Shown: piece by piece, positions 62,427-64,000 of the stretch
How positions within the stretch are numbered: the first letter of the stretch is position 1
Layout of the letters: every line of letters starts with the position of its first letter
Source: Oculina patagonica
Lineage: Eukaryota
Reading direction: 5' to 3'
Length of the DNA stretch: 64,000 bases
NCBI RefSeq assembly: GCF_052425735.1
Contig: NC_135766.1
Coordinates: 11,532,001 to 11,596,000, forward strand
The notes under the pieces: model-generated
Seen by the model: only the letters and a program-made list of their open reading frames with translations
Database searches by the model: none
Told to the model about the DNA's origin: nothing
Position numbers and translations under genes: made by a program

Positions 62427-64000
62427 CTGCAATAGCAAAGCAGAATGTTTTAGAGCAAAACCGACTGTGCATTAATACTTTTTGTATATGTACCATGAGT
62501 GGTACTATTTTACTATATAAACTGCTTAACTAATAGATTCCATTTTGCAAACAAATTATACAAGTTACAAATTATTTGAGATATCTCTTTCTTCATATTT
62601 TAACCAAATATGGTCGAGTAGATGATGTCATCATTTTGCTTATTTGCATATTTTATAAACTTGAATATCTCTGGAAAGAAACGAGATATTTGAAAACAGT
62701 AAACAGAGTTTTTTCTTCTCACACAGACTTCTTGCTCATGTTTTAAAACGCTTTATACAATAACCGAGCTAGTATTGCGTCTGTTGTGATTGGGTGATGC
62801 CTGTCATCTATTAGAGTACAGACGCACAGATTCAGTTGCACAAAGCAATCCGTCACTTACATGCCAATTGATATTTGGAAAGACCTTCCATCTTCTTTGA
62901 AAGACTTAAGTGTGTTAGCATTTCCCAAGCAAATAAAACGTTACCTCCTGTCAGAACAAAAACTAAACTGATTCTCCACTAAACTAAGTCTGTAAATTCG
63001 TAAGTCCTCTTCCCTATTGTTACTTATTAATCACCTGCTTTTTATACTATTGATAACAGTAATTGTACGGGGAGCTAACTTAAAAACCTACCGGTTCATT
63101 TAGCTCCCCAGCTCAATACTAAATTAACTACAAATTCCTGTAATACCTTATTTCTATTTAATTAAGAATACGAACACAATGTTCTGTAAACTTTAATATG
63201 AGCGAAATAAAATTATTATTATTCAAGAAATCATTGAAATCTGTATGAAAGTGTTTGACTGATGTTGTACAGTTGGAAGACGCTGCGGGAAACAAATGAA
63301 TGGGGGTTGAACACTTTGGTTAATGCTTACAGATTTGAGCAACTTTTCAAACCGGAATAAAGGTTAGTTTTTTCATAACTGACTTTCAATATACCATTTT
63401 TCTGCTTATTTAATCGGTTTAATAACAGAGCTTCGTGGTTACGGAAACTTTATATATCATGAAGTCACTTTTGAAAATGTACGTTGCTAAGCAAATGAAA
63501 CGTCAAGTTTAGTAAAATGCATTATTTTGTCATGTTTATAACTGCTGTTTGTTTTATATTTTAATTTTTTTATTAAAAAAACTGCTTCAAAAATTGCTGC
63601 TTCAAAATAATCTGTCCTCCTCAACAAAAAAATACACAATTATAGCGGAGCTCCTAAGCGTAGCACCATAACCATGAAAGAAGGAACACTATCGAAATGA
63701 GTTTTCATGGTCAACATGGATAGCGGCATGGTTCGCGGGCGCGTACGTACGGCGTACATACCTAGTACGGAGTCGCGCAACATGGCGGCCATAGTTTGAT
63801 GGTAGAAAGAGTGAAGCAAGAAGGCCGTATAAAGGCGGCCTTTGAAATTTAAAGAGGTTTGAAAAGAAAAACAAGAAGCAATGAAACAAAATGTGGCTGA
63901 AAATTACGTGTAGAAAGTAATCGACCGCCAAAAAAGTGGACATTGAGAGCCATAATCGATCGATGACTTTCGTGTCTATCTGTAAAGCCAGCATCGTACA

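Overview
Eukaryotic, AT-rich, repeat-dense genomic DNA, most likely from a stony coral or other anthozoan (inferred from the repeat families and gene types). All host genes lie on the minus strand and look like an innate-immunity island. They are: the first coding exon of a DED + NB-ARC-type STAND NTPase (5838-7515); three tandem intronless 2OG-Fe(II) dioxygenase genes (one intact, two disrupted; 9.8-19.6 kb); a spliced GT-B/GT4 glycosyltransferase-fold gene (27650-32841); and a paralogous GT4 gene spliced in frame to a C-terminal DEATH domain (58756-62426). Both GT4 domains lack the two glutamates of the EX7E motif. Two full-length TTAA-targeting Sola3-type DNA transposons sit between the GT4 genes: 33742-42061 (about 890-bp TIRs, 6-exon transposase) and 47784-56813 (27-bp TIRs, 2-exon transposase). 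The second element also appears to carry a 3-exon, 79-aa basic/coiled-coil gene that the ORF track misses. The rest is decayed LINEs (L2/CR1-like, CRE-like, RTE-like), SINEs and many MITEs whose target-site duplications can be read directly, several confirmed by empty paralogous sites within the window. There is a 140-N assembly gap at 22700-22839. Family assignments come from motif recognition only; no database searches were run.
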